A stretch of DNA of 64,000 bases from Eledone cirrhosa. Lineage: Eukaryota. The stretch spans positions 76,198,001 through 76,262,000 of the forward strand of contig OZ024740.1 in NCBI GenBank assembly GCA_964016885.1, given 5' to 3'. Of the stretch, positions 25,818 through 39,005 are shown one piece after another (position 1 is the first letter of the stretch; every line of letters begins with the position of its first letter). Both the position numbers and the translations under genes were made by a program. Below the pieces are notes generated by a model, which was not told where the DNA came from, searched no databases, and worked only from the letters and a program-made list of their open reading frames with translations.

Positions 25818-26755
25818 TTTGTGTATGGTTGACGATATATTTAATCGATATCCACATGCTATTGAAATGCTGGGTAAATATTCTATAGCTGTTGATCGCG
25901 AATAGATGGCTGTCGTTTATTTATCTATTATTTCTTCATAGGTGCCTTTTAATCTTATAGCCTGGTTTAATTGTTTTTTTGTGTGGTTGATTATGCTGAT
26001 TGGGAGAGGAAATGGTGTATATATCTTATCAAATGATTCTATGGACATACTTTATAGTATATTGCTCTGATTATTTAATTAATTAATTCATCATTGAGCC
26101 ACATCGTGAATGGTTGCCAAAATCATATATATATATATATATCTATCACTTTGTCTAGTTTGTGTATATGTAAATCTTTATATTTGATAATCTCTTATAA
26201 GGTTGAGATGCAATTTAGGCAATATTAGGCTGATCTTTCTAGCAACCAGCCCACTCGCCGTAAGGCACCAATCACTTTCTTCCTGACTTGACCACTGCCA
26301 CGTCACAGTTCTTAGCCATTTTTAATTCGTTTCTGGCGGGGATCATTTAAGAAATATCTTCGTCCAAGTGAGTTTGTTTCCCGATGATTTCAAAGCTCGA
26401 GAATTTATCCTTGATCAGATATTTCCAAAAGTGAATGAAACTCCAAGGGGTAGAAACGTAATCCTGGTATGTTTATATACATTTTTTCTTCTAGCTTTAA
26501 TTTTATACCTAATTGTGTATGGTCAACGATATATTTAATCGATATCCACGTGCTATTGAAATGATGGGTAAATATTCTATAGCTGTTGATCGCGAATAGA
26601 TAGCTGTCGTTTATTTATCTATTATTTCTTCATAGGTGCCTTTTAATCTTATAGCCTTGTTTAATTGGTTTTTTGTGTGGTTGATTATGCTGATTGGGAG
26701 AGGAAATGGTGTATATATCTTATCAAATGATTCTATGGACATACTTTATAGTATA
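25818..26755 (+). mobile_element. PLE-type partial-tandem repeat element with a decayed hammerhead motif
   Basis: 25818-26062 is directly repeated at 26513-26755; inverted copy at 57565-58048; HHR-like fold at 26376-26457; (TA)n flanks. Confidence 0.65.
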
Positions 26756-26762
26756 TATATAA

Positions 26763-27205
26763 ATGCAATCTCGTTGGGCTGGCCATGTCATCAGCATGAG
26801 TGACGACAGAATTCCAAAAGTCCTCATGTATGGTCAGCTTAGAAGCAGCAACAGGAAAGTTGGTAGACCATGGCTACGATATAAGGATGAGTTGAAATCA
26901 AATCTCATTGCTCTTGCAATCCCTTTCCGTGATTGCAAACAAATTGTCGCTGACAGAAAGGACTGGAGAGAAAGGTGCCATAGTGCAACCAAGAGCTGTG
27001 AATCCAGTCGCATAGAGAAATTGCGTGTTGACCGAACAGGAACGAACTGACGGGCCTTGATACCTGCAAGACTCTCCATAAACTCTTGCTCTTGCGACCT
27101 ATGTGGCTTGGTCTGTGAGTCACTGTCACATGAGATACCGCCATCCAGAGAGCTGAACTTTTGTTGGACACTCATACGTCGGATATCGACGGGAGAGCCC
27201 ATCAT
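26763..27205 (+). mobile_element. RTE-clade LINE 3' fragment
   Basis: RWAGHV..M.DDRIPK.LMYGQL...GRP.LRYKD.LK motif and a terminal CxxC remnant. Confidence 0.85.
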
Positions 27206-27206
27206 T

Positions 27207-27467
<261 letters not shown>

Positions 27468-27541
27468 CCCTATATTTGTATTTATCTGTGTATATATAGC
27501 AGCATGAATTGTGTCTTTTACTTATTTCTTCTACTCCACAG

Positions 27542-27733
27542 GCTGACAGTGTCGAGAATGGGGACATTAAAGCAGAATGCGATGAAAGGACTGAGGCACA
27601 TATGCGTTCCAAAGCTAAACGAATTGACGTTATATCTCGAATCAGTTTCCCTGTTTTTTTCCTTATCTTCAGCCTGAGTTACTGGTCATGGTACTTAAGT
27701 AAGACATTGTCTTTTGAGATTCCCAATAAATAA
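27542..27733 (+). CDS. Terminal exon of the Cys-loop anion channel subunit (M4 and stop)
   Basis: Pyrimidine tract plus cAG acceptor, phase 0 matching the donor at 20000; AKRIDVISRISFPVFFLIFSLSYWSWY matches the ID..SR..FP..F..F...YW M4 signature; TAA at 27731-27733. Confidence 0.95.
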   Translation, partial: ADSVENGDIKAECDERTEAHMRSKAKRIDVISRISFPVFFLIFSLSYWSWYLSKTLSFEIPNK

Positions 27734-28677
27734 CTAACACGTTGATGGACTTTTGTTAATTTTTTTTACCTTGCAATGTTGATATTTAGAAATATACGGG
27801 CATGTGGAGTCTTCATCAGTGCATTTTACTACTTATGTATACCGTGTATACATATGTGCATTTTACTACTTATGTATACCGGGGTATAGAAAGTAGTTAA
27901 ATACAGAAAGTCTAAATAACCAAAACACAGGTACCCTCAATTTACTTTACAAAAACGCTCCAATCACCGAAATCAAATCTATAAATATTTCGTAATTTTA
28001 ACGAAAGTATTTCTTATGTGCTAAGGATTTAACTAATTTATGAGAAAAGAATCAGGTTTAGTGTAATAATGTATTGCTATATAAATACAACTAAAACAAA
28101 AAAAGTTAGAAATATATATAAAATAAATTCTATATTATTCCTAGATACTACCATATTCCTTGCCGTCAGTCGTTTATAGATTGTTATGGACATGTGATGC
28201 CTTCTTCAGCGTGATTATGAGTATTTCTTTTTGCAGTTTATATGCCACGTAGCATAGAAGTCGATGATATACGGAAACACGCAAAGGTTTCCGTATATCA
28301 TCGACTGGATGACAAGTTTTCAGAGGAGAACCCACCCTCAAGCAAGTGTCTCGGCCTTTAACTTCTTACACTCTAATGGGGCTGGGTCGCATCCAAGTCG
28401 TAGCTCTTGAGTGCCCTTCTGCTGACATTTAGCCATTTGGATATCGGGGACTGGTGTATTTAAACTGTATGGAGATTTTCTGCCAGGATCTCGCTGGAAC
28501 TTTTTTCCGTTGCCTCTGCTTTCAAAATTATATTTAAATGCTTTCTTTAGTTTGGGAAATTAACGTTGGAAGTCATGGCTGCGATGAGACGTCAACAGTG
28601 TCAGTGCCACCTTCAGTACCACCATATGATTCAATCAGATATATTTGCCTAAGTGTGTCCCATTATTATTTATCTAA

Positions 28678-28872
28678 GGGCGGTGGATTGGCAGTATCGG
28701 TAGAGGGTCTGACGCCATGCTTTGCAGCAAAGAATTACGTCTCTTTATGGTCTGAGTTCAAATCCCGCCAAGGTTAACTTTGCCTTTCATCCTTACGGGG
28801 TCGATAAAATAAAGCACCAGTAATACACTGGGATAATTGCTGGCCTTGTGCCAAATGTAGAAACAATTATTT
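28678..28872 (+). mobile_element. tRNA-derived SINE
   Basis: Same family as 22923. Confidence 0.85.
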
Positions 28873-28884
28873 ATCTGATCATAT

Positions 28885-30491
28885 GGCGTTACCATGCTGC
28901 TTCTATCGCCTCCTGCACTTTCCATTTTCTGTCTGTCTTCAGCTTGGGCCGGATCGATCTCACGACCTTGTCTTCCGTGTCATCCAACATGGTCAATAGC
29001 CTTGATTTTCTGACTTTGTACTCCTTAGCGATGAATTTGAGAGGTAACGTCAGCTTCGCCTAGCGACAGTAGAGTCCAACATCAGTGAGACTTGGTGGGA
29101 CACCAAGCCACTTTCTTGTGTATTTATTGATTTTGACCTCCGCTATACTAGAGCTGATATTATATATAAGCAGAAGTCAAAGAAGCTTTCGGATCAACAT
29201 GAACTGCAAATACCAAACATATTTGCCAGAGAGGCCACATTGGTCTATGACAAGCAGACATTTTCCCGCCATTTATTTGGTTTCGGCCCCTCTTTTCAGA
29301 TTTTTCAGGGTGTTATCATACCAGCTTCCGATGCTTTTGGCTAGTTCCTCAGCCACTGTTGGGATATTTTGTTTGGCTACTGTGAACACAACTGATCCTG
29401 CTACTTTCCCATTCGGCAGAGAGAGCGGCTCTGGGATTTCTTTGGTTTAAACCTCATTTTAGAAGATACAACTATTTCATCCAACTCTCTCAGTATCCTT
29501 CGTGTTTCATCTTACTTTGTGGCTAGGGATGTAGTGTCGCCCATAAATGGTTTTAGAGGAAGCATTTGAAATCCCTCTCCGAGCACTGTTGGAGCTGACT
29601 AGCCCATTTCTGCTTTTAGGTTGACTTCTATTTCCAACACAAACAGTGTAGGGGAGATTGTACAGCCCATTGCTATGCCGACCTCCACTGTTGTGTACTC
29701 GCACTGAGAAACCACGAAAACACATCTCTAGCATTTCTCGGATGTTCTTTGTGACATGATACATCTCGAGTGCTAGTTGGATCATCTTGTGCGAGACCGA
29801 ACCGTAGGCATTTGCTAGATAAGTCATACCACACCAAGATCTGTCTTTTATGCTCTAGTTCTTTGGATTGCCCCCCCCCCCCCCCCAATCACTGAGGCGT
29901 GTTCTACACACCCAGAAACTCCAGAATTGTCTCCCTTTTGAACTGACATATTGAGGTACTTATTCCATGTAAGGTATCTATTTATCTTGCGGCCATAACA
30001 GAGAACACCATTTTACCTTCAACGTTCAGAAGTGATATTTGTCTAAATTGGTTGACGTCGCTTGAGTTCTGCACTTTCGGGATGTATACACCTTCGGCTT
30101 TCATCCATTGGTCGCTGATCTTCAAGTTCTTCCATGCTGATCTTATTTTGTGGAGTCACTCAAGGACTCTGGAACATTTCTTGTACAACAAATAGAGTAT
30201 TCCGTTTGGCCCTGGCTTTCTTAATCACTTTCCTTATGTCACTCAATGCTGGGGACCTGTCATCAAACAATTACTCTGACAGAGTAGGCCACACCAGACA
30301 CTGGATTTCAAGTAGTGTCTCACTCTGTTGGTCTGAATATGTAAATCTAAGATGCTGCTCAAGAGCTTCTTTATCTGTTGTGAGCCCCAGATTTTGGTTG
30401 TTCGAATAGTTCTGGTGAACTGGAAGGGGTGTCTGAAAAAGCAATCACGTGTCTTCTTTCTGCTTTCTTTTTTTTCTTGCTGCTTCTGCAA
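28885..30491 (-). mobile_element. Decayed REL-type non-LTR retrotransposon (HERO-like) RT region
   Basis: FFRHPFQFTR, FRQISLLNVEGK, and LVWY(D)-LANAYGSVSH motifs with many frameshifts. Confidence 0.75.
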
Positions 30492-31068
30492 ATACGTGCG
30501 ATTTTCTCAGTAAAATACTTCTACAAGAGTGCTCGAGAAATCCAGATCAATATTAAAAGTAAAATTTAAATCTAACTTATGGGAACAATAGCCATCAATA
30601 TACTGTTATTATAACGAATATATTTATTGTGAAAGGGCTAAATTAGTAGTGTGTGGGGGAGGGGGAGGATCAACAATGTAAGTACACTTTGAATAAATGA
30701 ATTTATTCACGCTGTCAGTGTGTACAATGTTATGCAAACTAGACAGCAATTTAGCTTTAAGTTTGTATACGTTATAAATAGATGTAAGGTGGTAGTCTCT
30801 CCGTGAACAAACAAATGGGCACTCTTTCACCAATGAATACAATAAATTGGTGAGATTGATCCATGTCTTCTGTCCACTATGTTTACGCTTCATAGTGAGG
30901 TTAAAATAGTAGGCTTAGTTTTTAAAGTATACCATACAATACGTATTATCTAGAAACGGCACGTATTATTTAAGTGTATATATAAACATTGTTGTCTCAA
31001 AATATATATATATATACACACATAGATCGATAGATAGATACACGTACGCGCACGCACGCACGCACGCA

Positions 31069-31148
<80 letters not shown>

Positions 31149-31436
31149 CATGTGTGTGCGTGCGTGCACAATATAAACAGGAATAACAAATCAAACAACA
31201 GAGTACAAGGAAGAAATATATTAGTTTTACGCTTGATATAGTAGGAAAAGAGTCTTAACGTTTTGGGTGCTAGTCCTTCATCTGGAAATAGAATGAGAAA
31301 TTAAAGAAACAATAGAAAGATAGAGGAGATGAGCAGTGGTAGAAACGAAACAAAATTCTTTGAGTAAACGCAGGTCTATTCATCTCCCGGAAAACTTGAT
31401 ATAAGAAATTCTACGTATATATATATATATATATAC

Positions 31437-31498
<62 letters not shown>

Positions 31499-31499
<1 letters not shown>

Positions 31500-32314
31500 G
31501 AAGTGTGTCAAAAAAGTAAAGGACTTAGTGTGCTGAGTGAGCTGTGAGTGGGGTAGTGATTAGCAGGTTGCATCACCATGTGATGTAACATCCCAGCTCT
31601 GCAGCCATTGTATGTTTTTTGACGTACTTTTGTTAATAGCGCCTCAATTGTAGGACAATAAGTGATGGGCACAGAGCAACGAACCAGCCTGAAGTTTCTG
31701 GTCCGGCTGGGGAAAACTCTGCAAGAAGCACTCAGGATGATGTAGTAAGTACACGGAGATAAGACAATGTTGAGTGGCACAAAAGGTGGAAGACGACCCC
31801 AGGAGCGAAAGGCCTTTAACGAGCAGGACTGAGGTTAACGTTGAGCGTGTGAGGCAGGTGGTGCATGGGGATTGCCAGCTGACTGTTCCACTGATTACAA
31901 GTGAGCTGGGTATGAATCAGGACAGCGCCTGGAAGATTATCAGTAAAAATTTGGGCATGCGGAAGATCTGCGCGAAGATGGTACCGAAACTGCCGAACGA
32001 TGACCAGAAAGAGCGGCGCATGCAGGTGTGTCAGAACATCCTTGAACGTCTTGTTGGGGAAAGTCATCACCAGTGATGAGTAGTGGGTTTTCAAATACGA
32101 CCCGCTTTCTGAATGTGGAAGCTATCAAGAGGTCCGTGCCGACGGAGCTACGGAGAATCCCGGGAGAATCATTCCAGGAGTGCATGGAGGCGTAGAGGAG
32201 AAGTATGAGAAAGTGTGTTAGACTCGAAGGTGTTATTTCGAACTTGTAGTTTGTAGTTTGGATTTGGAATATGTTTTTGCGACCTCAGTCCTGTTTATTT
32301 TTTGACACATCTCG
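31499..32314 (+). mobile_element. Internally deleted mariner DNA transposon
   Basis: About 30-bp imperfect TIRs (CGAAGTGTGTCAAAAAA...TTTTTTGACACATCTCG), TA flanks; HTH region MGTEQRTSLKFLVRLGK, VEDDPRSERP, LGMRKICAKMVPK; catalytic domain largely missing. Confidence 0.9.
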
Positions 32315-32325
32315 TATATACACAT

Positions 32326-33510
<1,185 letters not shown>

Positions 33511-33511
<1 letters not shown>

Positions 33512-33964
33512 TCCTGGACGTGACCCTCGACCTCGAAAACGACCTGTACTACCCATACAGGAAACCTAATGACAATCTGCACTACATCCACCGCCGATCA
33601 AATCATCCTAGGAACACCACAAACAACCTGGTCAAAAACATCTCCCTCCGCATATGCCGTTTGTCAGCTAATGAGCGGATATTCGATGCTATTATGTAGG
33701 AAGCTTCCTACATAATGGTCGTTCATATTTATGGTACGTCAAAATTATTTATAAAACTGTTTATATATTGTATTTTATCTGACGAAGGCATGCCATATTT
33801 TTAATATGGTATCCCCGAAATATGTATAATGAAATAAATATGGTTTTATAAATATAGTTTCCATTTGTTTAATATCGTATATCTACTCCAAAAACTTGTC
33901 GAGTGCTTTATGTCAGTTATAAAATATTTACTTGTTGTAACCCAACAATTTTAAATAAAACTTT

Positions 33965-33968
<4 letters not shown>
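33511..33968 (+). mobile_element. PLE fragment (RT thumb) fused to a pLTR end
   Basis: FLDVTLDL...YRKPND.LHYIH..SNHP translation; 33725-33968 nearly identical to 53000-53245. Confidence 0.8.
33771..33836 (+). ncRNA. Type I hammerhead ribozyme in pLTR
   Basis: TATTTTAT-CTGACGA-stem II-GAAA-TATGTA-TA-ATGAAATA; canonical core. Confidence 0.75.
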
Positions 33969-34010
<42 letters not shown>

Positions 34011-34012
<2 letters not shown>

Positions 34013-37000
34013 ACTTATAGACGCTTATAGACGCTACTGACTCGTTTATACTGAGAGTCAGATGGAAGACCTACCACCTGGTTAAGAACACCCGTAACCT
34101 TCCTGAACCTAAAGAGAAGTATGGCTTCAAAACATACCGAAACCCACCGCACAACACCTTACTAGACTCCTTTGAGGAGGACCTGCTGAAATTGGTCAGA
34201 AACGTTAAGTTCAAAAAGAAACACCGATGCAGCAATCCATTCTTAACGTCCCTTGATACACTCATCACTAAGATCAAGAATGACCCACACCTCTTCGTCA
34301 CCTCCGACAAAACCAAGAAGCTGTACAAGATGGACGCGAGCAAGTATAAACAATTCATTTATAAAGAACTACACAAAGACTACAAAAAGACACCCATTAG
34401 TACCCTAAATGACATAAATAGAGTAGGGAAGGATATAGTTACCAGCTTAGAAATAGAAAAGTACACAAACACGTATGTCCCCCTGACGCCTAGATTCTCC
34501 CTTAAGAATCACAAATGTAACTTTAATGAAAGCCCCTCTATTAGACTAATATGTCCCTCTATATAGGTAAGATTAGTTAAGTGATCCTAGATAGAGTACT
34601 ACTGGAGCTTAATAGAAAGGCTAAGGTCTGCCTCTGGGGCAACACCGACCAGGTCATAAATTGGTTCACCGAGTTGCCTGATAAAGCGACCCTGAAGTTC
34701 ATCCAGTTTGACATAGATAGTTACTACGCCTCTATCTCCCTCATACTCTTAAATAAGGCACTCATATTTGCTAAATCTAACACTAGCCTCACTAAAAAAA
34801 AATAGACATAGTTCTAGCGGCGCGTAGAACCATTATCCAGTTCGAAGGCTCCCACTGGACCAGAACCAACCTTCCTGATAACTTCGATATCACGATGGGG
34901 TCCAGCGACTCAGCGCAAGCAACTGACCTGGTCGGAATATACCTCCTGCATAAGCTTAGGGAAGAGATACCGGCCCTACAAGGAGGTGTATATAGGGACG
35001 ACGCCCTGTTTACTGTTAGGAACCATAGCCCTCGTAGGATAGAGAACCTTAACAAGCATATACACAGGTTCTTCAAGTCATACGGCCTATCCGTAACTAT
35101 AGACCTCAACCACCAGGTTGTCAACTTCCTGGACGTGACTCTGGAGTTGAGTACGGGCCTATACAAGCCATACCATAAGCCTGGAGAGAGTCTTTCTTAT
35201 ATTAATTATGCCTCCAACTACGCCAAGCAGACTCTCAACTCCATAGTCTATAGCATCTCACATAGGATCTCGAGGCTCTCCGTCAATGAGGATATCTTCA
35301 ACCAAGCGGCTGACTACTACAATAGAGCCTTGATAAGCGCCGGATTTAACCGAGGAATTTCCTACATCCCTAACGCTAGCTTCAGAAACCACCCACCTCA
35401 TAAGACGAGCGTTATAGTAAGCCATACCTATAACCGATCACGCGGCGACTTCGAAGGAGTCGGATGTAATAGTATAGATAATCGCACTAAGGAACACGGC
35501 CACAACATTAATTACACTGGCGATAGTATAGGTAACTTACCACACAATAAACATCACGACCGCGGTGACAGTGACCACTGTAGCCTACTCGAATTATTCC
35601 TCTACTATAAAATCAACAAAGGCGACGGCCTACTACCAACGCCTTCTTCCAACCAACATCTTCCTGTACATAAACATAGCAGAAGGAAGAAGAGTGCACC
35701 CGAGCATAAAATGAAAGGGGCACGTAACGGGCTACAGCGCATTGACATGCATAGGAACGGTCACCCTGATGGCACTACCCGTAGCAAACGTACAAGGACG
35801 CGTAATCGCCACCGTAACGTCTTATGGTTCCATCCCCCCTACTCCCGGAGTGTGACCTCCAATATACCCTGGATATTCTTCGAAGCCTTAGAGAAGAACT
35901 TCCCACCCAACCATAGGTATAGAAAAATCCTTAATAGGAACAATATAAAAATATCCTTCTCTACTACTCCTAACCTAGCAGACATCATAGGAAAAACTAA
36001 TCACAGTAAGATCACCAAGACACAGCACCTTAGCACAGACGCACCTACACCTAACAATAACTATATCAGCCTTAACGACTCCCTAGCAGCATCCAATAGT
36101 GCTGGCAACAGCCTCTACAGACGCAACCAGCATAACCGCGACATGACTGGGGAATATGCAGGACATGACGTGCGGAATAATAATGGTACCACCCCGCGCA
36201 CAGTGGGTTATAATGGTGCTAACGACAGGTGTGGGAGCGTAGGTAACAACGTAGATAGCAATAATGATATCCTTACCGTGGGAACTAGAAGAGACCGCGA
36301 CCAAAATTGCAACTGCTACGACAGGGGACGCTGCCCCCTTAGAGGATACTGCTTGACTGACAGGGCTATATATAGGTGCACTGTAACTAGCCACAATAGC
36401 GTTAAACATTATATAGGGGCTACCTCTGGCCCATTCAAAATTAGATTTCGAACACATCTCCACTCTTTCACAAATAAGAAATTAAGACACTCCACTTCGC
36501 TCGCGGACTACATCACATCATTAAAAGACTTAAACATCAGCTTCTCCACGCACTGGGAAATTGTCGGCAGGGCTGCACCGTACAACTTCAAGAGGAAGTG
36601 CGATTTTTGCCTCATGGAGCTCTATCACATCATAACGGCACTCTACGAGCTCATCAACAGCAGAGCTGAAACGACGATAAGCTGTACATATCGCTTAAAA
36701 ATATCCTTCTTCAGATGGGATAAGGACGAGGAGTGAAACCGTATACCGGGTCGCCCTGCGACAAGCTTTAACACCCCGGCGAGCAGGTGCTGCAAAAAAA
36801 TCCGGAAACTAACCATGCATCCCAAACCCGGCTTCAAATGACCCAGGCCGACAGGTGCAGAAAAACAAACGTCTCAAAACAAACGTTGCATACCTGACCC
36901 TGTGCGTATCGACAATGGTAAGGTTGTATCCACATCTTGTAACGGATAAAAGATTTGCCCGGGAAAGACTGCCCTAACACCCGCCAGAGTTACCTCCCTT

Positions 37001-37370
37001 GACCTACTGCAAAATCAAAACATGCTTTTTTGCGAAGAATGAACTCTGACGTATCTCCCAAAACACTTTCTGGGTCATGTAAGGAACACTTTTTAGTTAT
37101 TTATGCCTTTGAGAAGCCCATCCGGGCGAAACATACGTAGGTGCTGTTTTAAATAAACATGTTGTAACGGTCTGTTCTCATATTTCTTATTTTTCCACGT
37201 GCTTACGGTCTGCTAATTCTCTCGCCCACTAGATATTAACACTTCTAATATTTAACACTGCCGGCACTAGCAATTGAACACCCTCTGCATACGCTATTTG
37301 GAAAATAACAACATGTATCACCTATCCCTCCTTTTTTTCTCTCTCGATATGTAAATACTCTCTCTCTCTC
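34011..37370 (+). mobile_element. Penelope-like element (RT plus C-terminal GIY-YIG), two frameshifts
   Basis: SDKT, FIQFDIDSYY, MGSSDSAQ, YRDD, FLDVTL, CNC-x5-CPL...CL, AIY...HYIG..F..RF..H; frameshifts near 34565 and 34800; (TA)n flanks. Confidence 0.92.
37103..37144 (+). ncRNA. Possible variant hammerhead motif in the 3' region of the PLE
   Basis: TTGAGAA-GCCC-atcc-GGGC-GAAA-C..GTA; stem I register is imperfect. Confidence 0.45.
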
Positions 37371-37474
37371 TATATATATATAAGTAGAAGGGATATTTAA
37401 TTTGTTGGAAATACAACAAATATAAATGAGTTATAACCGATTCAGAGCACTCGACAGTTTTTGGAGTAAATATT

Positions 37475-37741
37475 CAATGATATTAAATAAATGGAAACTA
37501 TATTTTTAAAACCATATTTATTCTATTATATATATTTCAAGGGTACCAAAAAACTTTGGTACGCTTTCATCAGATAAAATACAAAGGGTGTTTTATAAAT
37601 TTTGGGTATGTCAACATTTATAAAACACTCTTTGTATTTTATGTGATGAAAGCGTACCAAAGTTTTTTGGTACCCTTGAAATATATATAATAGAATAAAT
37701 ATGGTTTTATAAATATAGTTTCCATTTATTTAATATCATTG
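37475..37741. repeat. Fold-back pLTR, about 126-bp arms with a 15-bp spacer
   Basis: 37475-37600 is the reverse complement of 37616-37741; related to the 33725 and 53000 pLTR ends. Confidence 0.9.
37519..37581 (-). ncRNA. Type I hammerhead ribozyme
   Basis: Minus strand TATTTTAT-CTGATGA-AAGCGTACCAAA..TTTGGTACCCTT-GAAA-TATATA-TA-ATAGAATA. Confidence 0.78.
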
Positions 37742-37822
<81 letters not shown>

Positions 37823-38144
37823 TGGTTACACAACAGTTAGATCACCATACCGAGAACAATTTTTACACCTTAGCGGATCCTCAGCTCGTAATGGACATGG
37901 TTATAAGGAAAAGGAAGGACAACCGTACGAACACGCATGCGCAGAAACGATCACTTCACACAGGCAATACTGAGATGCGTGCGAGAGGTGTAAGGGACAT
38001 AACTGCGAAAGTCTGAAAAGTTTCTAGTTGATAAGAAAATTAGGATGTTGTTGTAATTCAGTCCGGAGCTTTGTAGTTACGTAAGAGGTGTTTCGAGACG
38101 TGTGGACAACGTGTGAAGAATTCATTTCTCGTGTTTAGGCATTA

Positions 38145-38182
38145 CGAGCTGAGGATCCGCTAAGGTGAAACAATTGTTCTCG
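38145..38182 (+). ncRNA. Minimal type I hammerhead ribozyme
   Basis: CGAG-CTGAGGA-short stem II-GAAA-CAATTG-TT-CTCG; palindromic stem III; decayed inverted copy near 37851-37888. Confidence 0.7.
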
Positions 38183-38277
38183 GTATGGTGAATTAACTGT
38201 TGTGTAACTACTTCTACCTAACTCGTCCCATGGACTGAGTGCTCTACCACTACGGATATTACCTTCCAGTGTTCTAC

Positions 38278-38326
<49 letters not shown>

Positions 38327-38352
38327 TGTAATAAACAACATAAGATAAGTAT

Positions 38353-38413
38353 TTCATTTACCAGTGGTTTCTTGGAGGCAGATGTTATGTCTGTCTTCAG
38401 TCGTCAGAATGAA
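38353..38413 (-). ncRNA. Type I hammerhead ribozyme in fold-back element 38321-38545
   Basis: Minus strand TTCATT-CTGACGA-stem II-GAAA-CCACTGG-TA-AATGAA. Confidence 0.75.
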
Positions 38414-38672
38414 TAAATATCAAATATGGATTTGAAACACCATGTTATTTATTCATTGTGACGACTGAAGACAGACATAACATCTGTCTTCAAGAAACCA
38501 ATGGTAAATGAAAAAATTATCTTATGTTTTTTTATTATATAACTAAAAAGCTCTGTAGCCTACATAGAGCACTCTCTTTTTTCCTGTACCTTTCCGACGG
38601 AAATATCAGTCCATGAAACAAATCGTCCTCGGAAATGGTTTACTAATTGATGTAGAACTACTTCTCTCTCTA

Positions 38673-38799
<127 letters not shown>

Positions 38800-38960
38800 A
38801 GGTGTTAACGGAACAAGGATGTGCGGACCACATAATGGTCTATCGGTTATGAAGTAGATAAAAGAAAGCGCTCAACGACCTGTATAAAAGTGTAAGCCGG
38901 GGCATTATATATGAATAGAAAATCCAAGGCCATATTGATTTTGTTTTGGTTTATTAAAAT

Positions 38961-39005
38961 CCGTAATGCACATTTCGCTGAGAACTATCAGTGCTTCTCA
39001 AACGG
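38961..39005 (-). ncRNA. Type I hammerhead ribozyme, U3-A8 core variant
   Basis: Minus strand CCGT-TTGAGAA-GCACTGA..TCAGC-GAAA-TGTGCA-TT-ACGG followed by AATAAA. Confidence 0.65.

Noticed and set aside
31255-31290. Minus-strand hammerhead remnant (CAGATGAAGG...CCCAAAACGTT)
   Set aside because: Both core boxes are mutated and stem I is not supported
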